DNA of 64,000 nucleotides from Bacteroidales bacterium (GCA_028282585.1 JANQHR010000097.1:1-64000), one strand, 5' to 3'; shown: positions 41,258-52,282, counted from the first letter of the stretch. Notes: generated from the letters alone by a model not told the origin. Numbers and translations are program-made.

Positions 41258-43519
41258 TTATTTATTTTGTGATTTAATGAGATTTAATGCTGCTCCTGCT
41301 TTGTACCACTCAATTTGTTGCTGATTATAAGAATGAGACAATTTGACAATTTTACTTTCACCGGTACTACGAATAATTTCTAACTCAATCAATTTCCCTG
41401 GTGAGAAGTCTTTAAGATTAATAAAGTTAAAATCGTCATCCTCTCCAATATGATCATAATCATCCTCGTTTACAAAGGTTAAGGCTAACATTCCTTGCTT
41501 CTTCAGATTTGTTTCATGTATACGGGCAAATGATTTCGCTATTACAGCCTTTACACCTAAATGACGTGGCTCCATTGCAGCGTGTTCGCGCGACGAGCCT
41601 TCTCCATAGTTATGATCTCCTACCACTATACTAGGTACTCCTAATCTTTTGTAATCTCGTTGTACGTTAGGCACTTCATCATATTTGCCTGTAATTTGAT
41701 TTTTAATTGAATTGGTTTTATTGTTAAAAGCGTTAACCGCTCCAATTAACATATTGTTTGATATATTATCTAAATGCCCTCTATATTTTAGCCAGGGGCC
41801 TGCCATTGAAATATGATCTGTTGTACATTTTCCTAATGCTTTTATCAATAATTTTGCTCCTCTGATGTTTTCTCCGTTCCAAGGTTCAAATGGACTTAAT
41901 AGTTGTAATCTATCAGATTCGGGATTAACTTTAACTTCTATATTATGACCATTTTTAGCAGGGGCTTTGTAGCCATTGTTTTCAACATCAAATCCATTTA
42001 AAGGTAGTTCAATGCTTTCAGGTGGATCCAATTTTACTTTTTCGCCTTTTTCATTAACCAATTCATCCGTAAGAGGGTTAAATACAAGTTCACCTCCTAA
42101 AACCATTGCTGTTACTAACTCAGGTGATGTAACAAAAGCATGGGTATTAGGATTACCGTCGGCTCTTTTAGAAAAATTCCTATTAAATGAATGAACGATA
42201 GTATTTCGTTCTTGCTTTTCTGAATTCTGCCTTTTCCATTGCCCTATACATGGCCCACAGGCATTGGCAAAAACTTTAGCCCCAATTTTATTAAGGGCGG
42301 AAATAAACCCATCTCTATCAATTGTATAGCGCACTTGTTCAGAACCCGGTGTTACAGTAAAAGTAGATTTCGCTTTTAATCCTTTTTCTACAGCCTGCTT
42401 TGCAATCGATGCTGCTTTTGAAATGTCTTCATAGGAAGAATTTGTACAAGAACCTATCAGTCCTACTTCAATTTTTAATGGCCAGTTATTTTTAATTGCT
42501 TCCTCCTTTAATTCAGAAATTGGAGTTGCTTTATCTGGTGTAAAAGGTCCATTAACGTGAGGCTCCAATTCAGTAAGGTTTATTTCAATGAGTTGGTCAA
42601 AATATTTTTCCGGATTTTCAACTACCTCTTTATCAGGAGTAAGGTGTTGGATAATGTTATTTGCTAAACCAGCAACTTTTTCTCTTCCCGTTGCTTCTAA
42701 ATATCTTTCCATCGAATCATCATATGAAAATAACGAAGTAGTAGCACCAATTTCTGCACCCATATTACAAATTGTACCTTTACCCGTTGCTGATATTGAT
42801 TTTGCACCTTCCCCAAAATACTCAATAATATATCCGGTACCTCCTTTTACCGTAAGAATTCCAGCTAATTTTAATATAACGTCTTTAGGTGATGCCCATC
42901 CATTTAGTTTTCCGGTAAGTTTTACACCAATTAATTTTGGCATTTTCAATTCCCAAGGCATTCCAGCCATAACGTCTACTGCATCAGCTCCACCAACACC
43001 TATAGCAACCATTCCTAATCCACCCGCATTAGGAGTATGTGAATCCGTGCCAATCATCATTCCTCCTGGAAAGGCATAGTTTTCCAGAACTACCTGATGA
43101 ATAATACCAGCTCCGGGCTCCCAAAAACCTATTCCGTACTTATTAGAAGCCGATTCCAGAAAGTCAAAAACTTCTTTATTGGTAATTATTGCATCTTTTA
43201 AATCATCTTTACCTGTTTTATAAGCCTGTATAAGATGATCACAGTGGACAGTAGATGGTACTGCCACACTAGTTTTTCCTGAATTTATAAACTGTAAAAG
43301 CGCCATTTGTGCTGTGGCATCTTGCATAGCTACCCGGTCCGGTCTAAAATCAACATAATCTGCGCCTCGTATAAAATCTTCTATATTTTCTGAATATAAG
43401 TGCGTATATAATATTTTTTCAGCAAGACTAAGCGGGCGATCTAATTTCTTCTTTACCATTTGCATTTTTACATCATACAATTGATAAACCGATTCTATTA
43501 ACTCAATATCAAATAGCAT
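41258..43519 (-). CDS. acn: Aconitate hydratase (mitochondrial-like type)
   Basis: [40 protein letters not shown]. Confidence 0.96.
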   Translation of the reverse strand: MLFDIELIESVYQLYDVKMQMVKKKLDRPLSLAEKILYTHLYSENIEDFIRGADYVDFRPDRVAMQDATAQMALLQFINSGKTSVAVPSTVHCDHLIQAYKTGKDDLKDAIITNKEVFDFLESASNKYGIGFWEPGAGIIHQVVLENYAFPGGMMIGTDSHTPNAGGLGMVAIGVGGADAVDVMAGMPWELKMPKLIGVKLTGKLNGWASPKDVILKLAGILTVKGGTGYIIEYFGEGAKSISATGKGTICNMGAEIGATTSLFSYDDSMERYLEATGREKVAGLANNIIQHLTPDKEVVENPEKYFDQLIEINLTELEPHVNGPFTPDKATPISELKEEAIKNNWPLKIEVGLIGSCTNSSYEDISKAASIAKQAVEKGLKAKSTFTVTPGSEQVRYTIDRDGFISALNKIGAKVFANACGPCIGQWKRQNSEKQERNTIVHSFNRNFSKRADGNPNTHAFVTSPELVTAMVLGGELVFNPLTDELVNEKGEKVKLDPPESIELPLNGFDVENNGYKAPAKNGHNIEVKVNPESDRLQLLSPFEPWNGENIRGAKLLIKALGKCTTDHISMAGPWLKYRGHLDNISNNMLIGAVNAFNNKTNSIKNQITGKYDEVPNVQRDYKRLGVPSIVVGDHNYGEGSSREHAAMEPRHLGVKAVIAKSFARIHETNLKKQGMLALTFVNEDDYDHIGEDDDFNFINLKDFSPGKLIELEIIRSTGESKIVKLSHSYNQQQIEWYKAGAALNLIKSQNK

Positions 43520-43773
43520 TTTTCAATTTTTTATATTTACATTATAATACTTAAGAATTTAATTTATATAACAACAGATATACTTCTCTTGTTTATCTTC
43601 TATCACATTAAATATAAATTTATTAGGAAGCTTAAGGTACAAAATAAATTTAATATAAAATAATTTATTTATGTATCTATTTAGATGCTTTGACACAAAA
43701 CTCTATGCGAGCATTTCTAATTCGAATTAATTTAAGAGTTTACCTGATGGAGTAAGTAAAAATTCGTGAAATA

Positions 43774-45006
43774 TTATTTTATGGATAAATTAATAATCTT
43801 TAAAATTACTTGTACTGCCTTTTCCATGGACTCTAAAGGAATAAACTCAAGCTTTCCATGATAATTATGCCCACCCGTAAAAATATTTGGGCACGGTAAT
43901 CCCATATAAGAAAGCCTTGCTCCATCTGTTCCTCCACGTATTGGTTTGATATCAAGAGTTATACCAACTTCAACCATTGCTTGTTTAGCTTGCTCCACAA
44001 TATGAATTACCGGCTCAACCTTTTCTTTCATATTATAGTATTGATCCTTTAATTCAAGCTCTACAATTTTTTTATTATATTTTTTGTTAACTAAATTAAC
44101 AACTTCCTGAATTAAGGACTTTTTGTATTCGAACTTCTCTTTATCATGGTCACGAATAATATACTGTATTTCTGCCTGTTCAACGGTTCCGTTCAATTTA
44201 ACTATATGAAAGAAACCTTCATAATCCTCAGTTAATTCGGGGCGTTGTTCAACTGGCAGCATATTATTTAGTTCTGCAGCAACACGAATTGCGTTGATCA
44301 TTTTTCCTTTTGCATAACCAGGATGAATATTTCTGCCTTGTATTTTTATAGTTGCACCAGCCGCATTAAAATTTTCATATTCCAGTTCTCCAACAGGTCC
44401 GCCATCCACAGTATACGCATAATCAGCCCCAAATTTTTCAACATCAAAGTGGTCTACACCTTTTCCTATTTCTTCGTCTGGGGTAAATGCTACCTTTATT
44501 TCTCCATGCTTTATTTCCGGATGTTTTATTAAAAATTCCATTGCAGTAACAATTTCCGAAATACCTGCTTTATCGTCCGCCCCCAGCAAAGTATCTCCGC
44601 TGGCAGTAATTATTGTTTGTCCTTTATAGCGTTTAATTTCCGGAAATTCTTTTACAGATATATTAACTCCTAATTCTTTGCTTATTTCTAAATCTTCACC
44701 GTTATAACTTTCAAAAACTTGAGGTTTTACGTTCTTACCACTCATATCGGGTGCTGTATCCATATGTGCTAAAAATCCGATTACGGGAATATCTTTTCTT
44801 ATATTTGATGGTAATATTGCTGTTACGTAACCAAATTTATCAACTTCAACCTTGCTTAATCCAATCTCCCTTAGCTCTTCAACCAACAAATTAGCCAAAT
44901 CAAACTGCTTTTTTGTACTTGGAAAAGATTCTGAACTTTCATCAGATTGAGTATCAATTTGAACATATTTTAAAAATCTATCTAATATTTTATTTTTAAT
45001 CTCCAT
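43774..45006 (-). CDS. pepT: Peptidase T
   Basis: AHMDT, LGADDKAG, PDEEIG, IRGGTDGA, HNYHG. Confidence 0.95.
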   Translation of the reverse strand: MEIKNKILDRFLKYVQIDTQSDESSESFPSTKKQFDLANLLVEELREIGLSKVEVDKFGYVTAILPSNIRKDIPVIGFLAHMDTAPDMSGKNVKPQVFESYNGEDLEISKELGVNISVKEFPEIKRYKGQTIITASGDTLLGADDKAGISEIVTAMEFLIKHPEIKHGEIKVAFTPDEEIGKGVDHFDVEKFGADYAYTVDGGPVGELEYENFNAAGATIKIQGRNIHPGYAKGKMINAIRVAAELNNMLPVEQRPELTEDYEGFFHIVKLNGTVEQAEIQYIIRDHDKEKFEYKKSLIQEVVNLVNKKYNKKIVELELKDQYYNMKEKVEPVIHIVEQAKQAMVEVGITLDIKPIRGGTDGARLSYMGLPCPNIFTGGHNYHGKLEFIPLESMEKAVQVILKIINLSIK

Positions 45007-45062
45007 TATTCTGAACTTTTGTTATACATGTTTGTAAAGATAAAGGAATATGATTTGATAAA

Positions 45063-45187
45063 ATAAAATTCCAAATATCAAAATTCAAATCACAATTATA
45101 TAATCAATTTTCGAAAACTAACCGAATAGTTTTGGAGTTTGTTTTAAAAAATTATATAAAATTTGACCATTGTATTTTGGAATTTAT
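45063..45187. repeat. Inverted array of 7-nt repeats
   Basis: AAATTCC AAATATC AAAATTC AAATCAC at 45066-45093, mirrored imperfectly by TTGTATTTTGGAATTTAT at about 45170-45187. Confidence 0.5.
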
Positions 45188-45223
45188 CAGATATTTGTAT
45201 CACTAATAATTAAAATTGTAGTT

Positions 45224-45904
45224 ATGTTAAGTAAAAATCTTCTTGAATTTCTATCAGATTTAAAGGAAAACAATTACAAAGAATGGTTTCATGAAAATAA
45301 GCCTATCTACCAGAAGTTAAAAAAGGAGTTTGAGCAATTTGTTGCGCATGTTATAGCGGAGACTTCTCAGTTTGATAATTCGGTCCAGAACCTGGAACCA
45401 AAACACTGCGTTTTTAGAATTAACCGAGATGTTCGTTTTTCTAAAGATAAATCGCCGTATAAAACAAATTTTGGTGCATATATAGTACCCGGAGGTAAAA
45501 AGTCCGGAAATGCAGGCTATTATATTCATATCGAACCTGAAGGATGTTTTCTGGCGGGTGGAGTTTATGCACCACCAGCGGATAGATTAAAAGCCTTACG
45601 AACAGAAATTTATGAAAATACCGAAGATTTCAAGAAAATTCTAGCTGATAGTACTTTCAAAAAGCTTTATTCGAATCTTTATGATAAAGATATGTTAAAG
45701 ACCGCACCAAAAGGATTTCCAAAAGATTTTGAAGACATTGATTTACTTAAATATAAACATTACATAGCATCACGAAACGTTGATGACAATATAGTTGTTT
45801 CTGATAATTTCGTAGACGAAGTAAGAAATACATTTAAAGCTGCATATCCTTTAAATAAATTTATTAACGAAGGAATTAATTATCATTTGGGGATAGATAA
45901 TTAA
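45224..45904 (+). CDS. DUF2461 family protein
   Basis: NNYKEWF, FRINRDVRFSKDKSPYK, GYYIHIEP, LKTAPKGF. Confidence 0.88.
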   Translation: MLSKNLLEFLSDLKENNYKEWFHENKPIYQKLKKEFEQFVAHVIAETSQFDNSVQNLEPKHCVFRINRDVRFSKDKSPYKTNFGAYIVPGGKKSGNAGYYIHIEPEGCFLAGGVYAPPADRLKALRTEIYENTEDFKKILADSTFKKLYSNLYDKDMLKTAPKGFPKDFEDIDLLKYKHYIASRNVDDNIVVSDNFVDEVRNTFKAAYPLNKFINEGINYHLGIDN

Positions 45905-46068
45905 GCTGGTAGTTAGTAAATATCGACCTTTTGTTCAAAAAAATACAACGAAATAGATTGATGGAATAATGGATAAATAGGTAAGGTAGTTTCCATTTCA
46001 ATTTTCCATAACATCTTTAAATTGTATCAATATTTTATAAGTCAGATCCAAACCTATTGTAAAAAACC

Positions 46069-46767
46069 ATGCAAATACATTTCATACTTGTTGAACCGGC
46101 TGTTCCCGAAAATGTAGGGGCAGCTGCCCGTGCGATAAAAACCATGGGGTTTTCTTCATTGCGCCTAGTAAATACAAAAGCTCATTTAGATGAAAAAGCT
46201 AGCTGGTTGGCTCATGCATCGAATGAAATATTGGAAAATGCAAAGGAATTTGTATCGCTTCAAGAAGCAACTCAAGATATAAATTGGGTTATTGGAACTT
46301 CAGCTAAGAAAAGAAGGGTAAACGAGGATTATTATCCTTCAACTAAAGTTAATGAACTAATTCAGGCAAAAGCAAACACCATTAAAAATCTTGCAATTGT
46401 TTTTGGAAGAGAAGAAAGCGGCTTAACCAATGATGAATTAAAACTTTGTGATATCGTTACCAGTATTCCGATGAAAACTACCTATCCCTCACTAAACCTG
46501 GCACAATCAGTGATGATATACGCATACACTTTATCAATGCTCAGTTTTGAGGACAATAAACCTGGCCGGGAAACTAACCAGTCTGAATTAAACGTATTAA
46601 AGACTAAAACTGAACAGATATTAAATAAAATCGGGTTTGAAGAAAATACAGCAATTTATAACCGCATTATGGAACGTTTAATGATTCTTGGTGAAACTGA
46701 TATTCATTTAGTATTGTCCATTGAAAATAAAATTCACAAATGCTTTAAGAAAGACATTTTCAAATAA
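46069..46767 (+). CDS. TrmJ/LasT family tRNA/rRNA methyltransferase
   Basis: ENVGAAARAIKTMG, FGREESGL, SLNLAQSV. Confidence 0.9.
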   Translation: MQIHFILVEPAVPENVGAAARAIKTMGFSSLRLVNTKAHLDEKASWLAHASNEILENAKEFVSLQEATQDINWVIGTSAKKRRVNEDYYPSTKVNELIQAKANTIKNLAIVFGREESGLTNDELKLCDIVTSIPMKTTYPSLNLAQSVMIYAYTLSMLSFEDNKPGRETNQSELNVLKTKTEQILNKIGFEENTAIYNRIMERLMILGETDIHLVLSIENKIHKCFKKDIFK

Positions 46768-46785
46768 GTTAATTTCTTAGTGCAA

Positions 46786-46822
46786 ATAATAATGCCAAGT
46801 TTAATTTACTTGGCATTATTAT
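46786..46822. terminator. Bidirectional terminator with a perfect 15-bp stem
   Basis: ATAATAATGCCAAGT-ttaattt-ACTTGGCATTATTAT between convergent genes. Confidence 0.8.
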
Positions 46823-46848
46823 AAATATTCTATTAAAATAAAATTAAT

Positions 46849-47034
46849 CTAAGGGGCAGCGCAAATAGGTTGTGTGCCATTATCACAAAGCTCATCACAA
46901 GGAACAACAGTTATTTGTCCATTTGCGTCTATACATACTCCTAATCCTTCTTCTGCTAAACCTCCTTTACCTAAAATGGATTTTTGTTCTTTTTTGCTTA
47001 AAGTTTTTCCAAGTTTTGAAATCTTTTCTTTCAT
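46849..47034 (-). CDS. Double-glycine leader peptide with a Cys-rich core (RiPP/bacteriocin-like precursor)
   Basis: Leader MKEKISKLGKTLSKKEQKSILGKGG of Bacteroidota type; 36-aa core with 4 Cys. Confidence 0.75.
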   Translation of the reverse strand: MKEKISKLGKTLSKKEQKSILGKGGLAEEGLGVCIDANGQITVVPCDELCDNGTQPICAAP

Positions 47035-47502
47035 CTTTTTAAAATTTTAGATTAATAAATACTTTGATATTGCGTTTAAAGCTACCTATACTTTATACGA
47101 ATTTACAAAGAATGTTTATCTCAACAAAACAGCTATATTAACTATGAATAAGTAAGTATAAAATTTCGTGGCTATATTAGTAATTCTCGTACATTAAAAC
47201 TGCATTTTAGTTGTGATTTTTTTGATAAAGACTTCAGTCATTCTTTTAAAAAATAAAAACCTTCTTAAAGAAGTTTAGCACTTTTTATAAAGCCTAATCA
47301 ATTTCTTGAAAGAAATAGTGCTAACGTCTACATTAACTTTCTTTGTATCTTTTTTAGTTAACTGTAAAATATAAAAAGCAAATTACAAAAAAATCAACTA
47401 ATTAATTATCAATGTTTTATATTTAAATAAATTTACTCTAATCAGCACTTTATAGAGTTGGCAATCAACCTTTAAGTCGACTCCTTTGTTCATTATGAAA
47501 GT

Positions 47503-47655
47503 AAAACCGAGAAGATATTAAATGAAATCGAATTTAAAGAAGATACGGCTATTTATAACCGCATTATGGAACTTTTAATGATTCTCGGCGAAACAGAAAT
47601 TCATCTATTGCTTTCTATTGAAAATAAGATAAACGATTCGTTAAATAAGAATTAA
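47503..47655 (+). pseudogene. Diverged duplicate of the 3' end of the trmJ/lasT-like gene
   Basis: Translates KTEKILNEIEFKEDTAIYNRIMELLMILGETEIHLLLSIENKINDSLNKN* versus KTEQILNKIGFEENTAIYNRIMERLMILGETDIHLVLSIENKIHK in the gene. 22 identical bp at 46654-46675 and 47551-47572. Confidence 0.9.
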
Positions 47656-47940
47656 TTCTTATTGCATTTCCAACTTTAAACCAGGTACAAATTTGTACTA
47701 ATAATTAAGGTGTTCTAATTAAATAAAACACTTAAAATAAGGTGCTTTAGGACACTATTATTTTTGTTGTTTTACTCGTTTTAGCAAGCGGTTTTGAACC
47801 GTTTTTTTATTTGATGAACTTAAGGCGTAAAATATGGTTCTAATTTTAAGTGAAAGTTACTGTTTATTAATAATTCAAACGACCACTTAAGTTGATTGCT
47901 AACTTCAATTTACCAATAATATTTTTTATATATTTAGAAC

Positions 47941-50049
47941 ATGGCAAAAAAACACAAATTACAAAAGGAACTGGGATTACTAGATGTATTAGCAATAAGT
48001 ACAGGTGCAATGTTTAGCTCGGGGTTTTTTCTATTACCTGGGATAGCATCTCAACAGACTGGTCCTTCCGTATTCTTAGCCTATTTAATTGCCGGGTTTC
48101 TAATTATGCCCGCGATGTTTAGTATGGCAGAAATATCCACTGCATTGCCCCGTTCAGGAGGGACATATTTTTTCCTTGACAGAAGTTTGGGGCCTTTAAT
48201 GGGCACCATAGGCGGATTAGGAACCTATTTTGCTCTTTTATTTAAAACGGCTTTTGCCATTGTAGGTATTGGAGCTTATGCCGCAATATTTTGGGATGTG
48301 CCAATAAAAACAGTTGCGTTGGCCGCCACGTTAGTTTTTATGTTTTTTAATTTGGTAGGTGCTAAAAAAACGTCCCGCTTACAGAATTTTCTTGTTTTGT
48401 TTTTGCTGTTGGTATTAGGATTATTCATTTTTAACGGGCTTTATAAAATCTTTTTTGCCGATGGGTTTAATACGCATCAATACCAGAAACAATTTGAACC
48501 TTTTTTTACAAATGGCATAGATGGATTAATTACCACTGCAGGATTCGTTTTTGTATCGTATTTAGGTTTAACAAAAATTACAAGTATCGCTGAGGAAATC
48601 AAAAATCCGGAGCGTAATATACCATTAGGAATGTTACTTTCTTTAGTAATAACAACTATAATTTATGTCCTTGGGATTTTTGTAATGGTTGCACTGATTA
48701 ATCCTTCTGACTTAGCTAATGACCTTGCACCTGCTGCAACTGCCGTTAAAAAGATCTTTAACTGGATGCCCGGGGAGTTGGGTACTTATATTATGGTTGG
48801 AGCTGCTATGGCAGCCTTCGCATCCACGGGTAATGCAGGGCTGTTATCCTCTTCACGTTATCCTTTTGCCATGGGGCGCGATAAAATTTTACCAAAAAAA
48901 TTCTCTAGTATTGGAAAAAAGGGCTCACCGGTAACTTCAATTCTTTTAACCACATTGCTTATTATACTTTTTATTTTTGTCCTTTCGGAGGAAGGGATTG
49001 CCAAAATGGCAAGTACTTTTCAGCTTTTGATATTTACTTTAATTAACTTTTCTGTTATCGTATTCCGTAAAAGCAATATTGAATCGTACGACCCCGGATA
49101 TAAGTCTCCTCTTTATCCATGGATGCAAATTGCTGGTATTGTTCTCTCTTTAATATTAATTGCATATATGGGATTAGCTGCTCTGCTTCTTGCCGGATTT
49201 ATTTTACTTGCCGCCTATTTATGGTACCGTTATTATGTCCGAGAAAAAGTACAACGAGAAGGGGCCATATTTCATTGGTTTGCACTTCTGGGAAAATATC
49301 AATATCCTGAACTTGAGCAAGAATTTATGACTATCCTTAAGGAAAAAGGATTGCGGCAAGGCGACCCTTTTGACCAAACTATAATGCGTGCCAGGATAAC
49401 TTATATAAAAAGAGAAATGGAGTTCAAAGAACTGGTTAATACGGTTTCTGAATTATTTTCGACCGAAATGCATGTTAATAAGGAATTACTTATTAATGAA
49501 TTTCATACAATAACAAGCATAGAGCCCGCTTTAATTATTCCTGAAGTTTCAATTCTCTATGCAAAAGACGAAAGTATTGATCATCCATCATTACAAATCA
49601 TTTTATCGCAAAAAGGAATAAATAAACCGGTTAAAAAGAGAAATATAATATCCGAAGACTTTATTAAAGTATTCTTCTTTTTAGTCAACCCTGCTAAAGA
49701 AGCCCGCCAGCAATTAAGAATGTTATCCAGATTAGTAGATATAGTTGAAAGAAATGGCTTTGTAAAAGAAATTATGAACCTTGTAAGCCATCGAAAAATA
49801 AAGGAATATTTGCTCTATAATGAAAGGTACATCACTGTCCAGATAAAACAAAAAACCAAACAATTTGAATTAACTGGTAAACAACTAAAGGATATAAAAC
49901 TACCTCCTGATGTACTTGTTGCACTAATTGAAAGGGATTGTGCATCTTTTACACCACATGGAGATACTGTGATTTACGAAAATGACGTGCTTACTATTAT
50001 TGGAGAGCCAGGGTCGATAAATAAATTATATGAATTATATATGAGTTAA
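47941..50049 (+). CDS. APC-family amino acid permease with PTS-EIIA-like and RCK-C/TrkA-C C-terminal domains
   Basis: GAMFSSGFF, PRSGGTY, AEEIKNPERNIP; C-terminus LTGKQLKDIKLP..LVALIER..PHGDTVIYENDVLTIIG. Confidence 0.8.
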   Translation: MAKKHKLQKELGLLDVLAISTGAMFSSGFFLLPGIASQQTGPSVFLAYLIAGFLIMPAMFSMAEISTALPRSGGTYFFLDRSLGPLMGTIGGLGTYFALLFKTAFAIVGIGAYAAIFWDVPIKTVALAATLVFMFFNLVGAKKTSRLQNFLVLFLLLVLGLFIFNGLYKIFFADGFNTHQYQKQFEPFFTNGIDGLITTAGFVFVSYLGLTKITSIAEEIKNPERNIPLGMLLSLVITTIIYVLGIFVMVALINPSDLANDLAPAATAVKKIFNWMPGELGTYIMVGAAMAAFASTGNAGLLSSSRYPFAMGRDKILPKKFSSIGKKGSPVTSILLTTLLIILFIFVLSEEGIAKMASTFQLLIFTLINFSVIVFRKSNIESYDPGYKSPLYPWMQIAGIVLSLILIAYMGLAALLLAGFILLAAYLWYRYYVREKVQREGAIFHWFALLGKYQYPELEQEFMTILKEKGLRQGDPFDQTIMRARITYIKREMEFKELVNTVSELFSTEMHVNKELLINEFHTITSIEPALIIPEVSILYAKDESIDHPSLQIILSQKGINKPVKKRNIISEDFIKVFFFLVNPAKEARQQLRMLSRLVDIVERNGFVKEIMNLVSHRKIKEYLLYNERYITVQIKQKTKQFELTGKQLKDIKLPPDVLVALIERDCASFTPHGDTVIYENDVLTIIGEPGSINKLYELYMS

Positions 50050-50062
50050 ATGTACAAATAAA

Positions 50063-52282
50063 TCATTCAAGCATTTTATCCCTAAATGCATTCAAGAATA
50101 AAACATCTCCCATTTCGGTGTAGCCCTCAAATAACTTCTCCCCTTCATGTTTTATTTGTTCGCTACGGAAACCTATCATTGTTAAACCTGCCTTCACCGA
50201 TTTTTCATTAATTAATTGCTTTAAATTCATTGATTCATCAATATCGATGAACTCAACATTTTTTAAAGAAATTGGTAATCGTCCGGTTTTTACCAATTCT
50301 AATAAGTGATCTGTTGCTTCGTCATGTTGACCTGGCCGACGAACATTAAATATTTTAATTTTAGCCCCTTTCCAATCCGAATGCCCTAGAATTATGTAGC
50401 TTAGTAAAACCATTAAGTTTAGATTTTTTTCATCAACTCTTCTCACCCAAATATGAATTCCTTCATGGTAATTCACCCCCCTGTTCGACCCTCCTAAAAT
50501 TCCAACATCATACCCTCCAGATCTAACCAGTGGATAGTTTTCTGCAATTTGCTCTAAATTAACCGGATCCTTTTTATCATACTCAAACAAAACCAAGTTA
50601 TTATCTAAACCTGAAATTCCAGGCAATTGAATGATCTGTGCAATTGCTGATGTATATGATGGAGATACGATTGTATCCACATAAACATTACTATTTCTGG
50701 ATTCTGCTCGTTCTATCAGTAAATCCAACACTTCTTTTGATTGTAAATGCGTTGCTCTGGAATAATAACCCTGAATGTATTGAATATATGTTCCAAAACC
50801 ATATTTATGAGAGATCCAGGTTAAAAGACGAAAAGCATTGTCGCGGTCAGAATTTACTTCTGTAACACAAACTGCAGATGGGTGCCAACTTGTTTTTTTC
50901 TTAATTGCCTGATTCTTTTGCAAGTAAACCTGTAGATTTCTATTAATTTGAAATATTGCACTCCTAAATATTGATTCCAAACCTTGACGCTCAGAATGGT
51001 AATAACTAATATATATATAAAGAATTACCATTACAATAATTGCTAAAATAGCGTATAACGAATCCATTCTGAACATTAAATAAATGGAAATTACAAAGCC
51101 TATTAACGAGAGAATCCAATGCGACCTAAATGTTGGGCGATAAGATGGTGATGAACCGAAATGATTTAAAAAAGAGATCAGACATAACGAGCCGTAGGTA
51201 AGCATAAAAAACATAGATATAATCCTGGCAACTGCGTTTACATCACCTAAAGCCACAAACACAAATGCTATTAAAATCGTTATAACAGATGCATTGAATG
51301 GTTCATTTGTTGCTCCCTTTACATTTGCCATCGCTCGGTTAAATCTCTTAAAAGGAAATGTTTTGTCATTTCCTAAAGCCTGCAAAGTTCTTGGAGCAAC
51401 CATTACAGAACCCAAAGCAGATGAAATAGTAGAAGCCGCTAATCCAACCGGTATTATAAATTTACCGAAAACAGCAATATCAGCCATTACTAACTGATTA
51501 TTTACAAGATCTTCGGGTGAAGCAGAGTTAACTAACTTAAAAATAATAAAAATATAAACTATTAATCCTCCTAAAGTAGCTGCCACCGTACCTAGCGGAA
51601 TCGATTTTCCCGGATTTTTTAAATCACCGGATAGACCAACTCCAGCTGTCATTCCCGTAAAAGCAGGAAAAATAATAGCAAAAACAAAAAAGAAATCGTT
51701 CGTATTTCTCAGCGGACTACTTGAGATTCCTTCAACAGTAGAAGCATATTCAGTTTTACCAATAAAGAATAAAAAAAGTGATAAAAACAAGATTGCGACA
51801 ACAACATAAAGAGCCTTTACTCCCATATTTGCACCTTTTCTTAGAATCAAAACAGCTAAAATAGCCATAGCGGGTAAACTAATTATTTGTCTGGGAAGAT
51901 TAATATTATAAACATTCTTAAACCAATTAAATACCGGTTCAAAGGCCTCTGTAAATGCAATTACGTAAAAAGCTACACTTATAGCCTGAGAGAGATAAAG
52001 TGCAATGCCAATTGTTCCACCAATATTTAAACCAAATGACCGGGAAATTATAAAGTATTCGCCTCCACCTTCAACGCGTTGGTTAGTTGCAATTTCAGAT
52101 ATTGCAAAAGCAGTAGGTATTGTAACAAAATGTCCGATTAAAACAATTAGCAGAACGCCTCCAAAACCAAGTGTTCCTACTGCAAAACCAAATCGAAGGA
52201 ATAAAATAGCACCTAATATGGTAGATATTGCGGTAAAAAATACAGGTGCTGTACCAAATCCATTGGCTCTTTTTTCAATCAT
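50063..52282 (-). CDS. SLC12/cation-chloride cotransporter-like APC permease
   Basis: STILGAILFLR, IATN..VEGGGEYFIISRSFG..GG.IG, FPAFTGMTAG..SGDLKNP; large cytoplasmic C-terminal domain. Confidence 0.85.
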   Translation of the reverse strand: MIEKRANGFGTAPVFFTAISTILGAILFLRFGFAVGTLGFGGVLLIVLIGHFVTIPTAFAISEIATNQRVEGGGEYFIISRSFGLNIGGTIGIALYLSQAISVAFYVIAFTEAFEPVFNWFKNVYNINLPRQIISLPAMAILAVLILRKGANMGVKALYVVVAILFLSLFLFFIGKTEYASTVEGISSSPLRNTNDFFFVFAIIFPAFTGMTAGVGLSGDLKNPGKSIPLGTVAATLGGLIVYIFIIFKLVNSASPEDLVNNQLVMADIAVFGKFIIPVGLAASTISSALGSVMVAPRTLQALGNDKTFPFKRFNRAMANVKGATNEPFNASVITILIAFVFVALGDVNAVARIISMFFMLTYGSLCLISFLNHFGSSPSYRPTFRSHWILSLIGFVISIYLMFRMDSLYAILAIIVMVILYIYISYYHSERQGLESIFRSAIFQINRNLQVYLQKNQAIKKKTSWHPSAVCVTEVNSDRDNAFRLLTWISHKYGFGTYIQYIQGYYSRATHLQSKEVLDLLIERAESRNSNVYVDTIVSPSYTSAIAQIIQLPGISGLDNNLVLFEYDKKDPVNLEQIAENYPLVRSGGYDVGILGGSNRGVNYHEGIHIWVRRVDEKNLNLMVLLSYIILGHSDWKGAKIKIFNVRRPGQHDEATDHLLELVKTGRLPISLKNVEFIDIDESMNLKQLINEKSVKAGLTMIGFRSEQIKHEGEKLFEGYTEMGDVLFLNAFRDKMLE

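Noticed and set aside
42588-43079. 163-aa antisense ORF in aconitase, and similar short antisense or frame-shifted ORFs inside lon, cox, act and the permeases
   Set aside because: They lie within well-supported genes and have no motifs; these are codon-pattern shadows.
47270-47370. Short minus-strand open stretch inside the mini-island
   Set aside because: About 30 codons, no convincing start and no recognisable motif.
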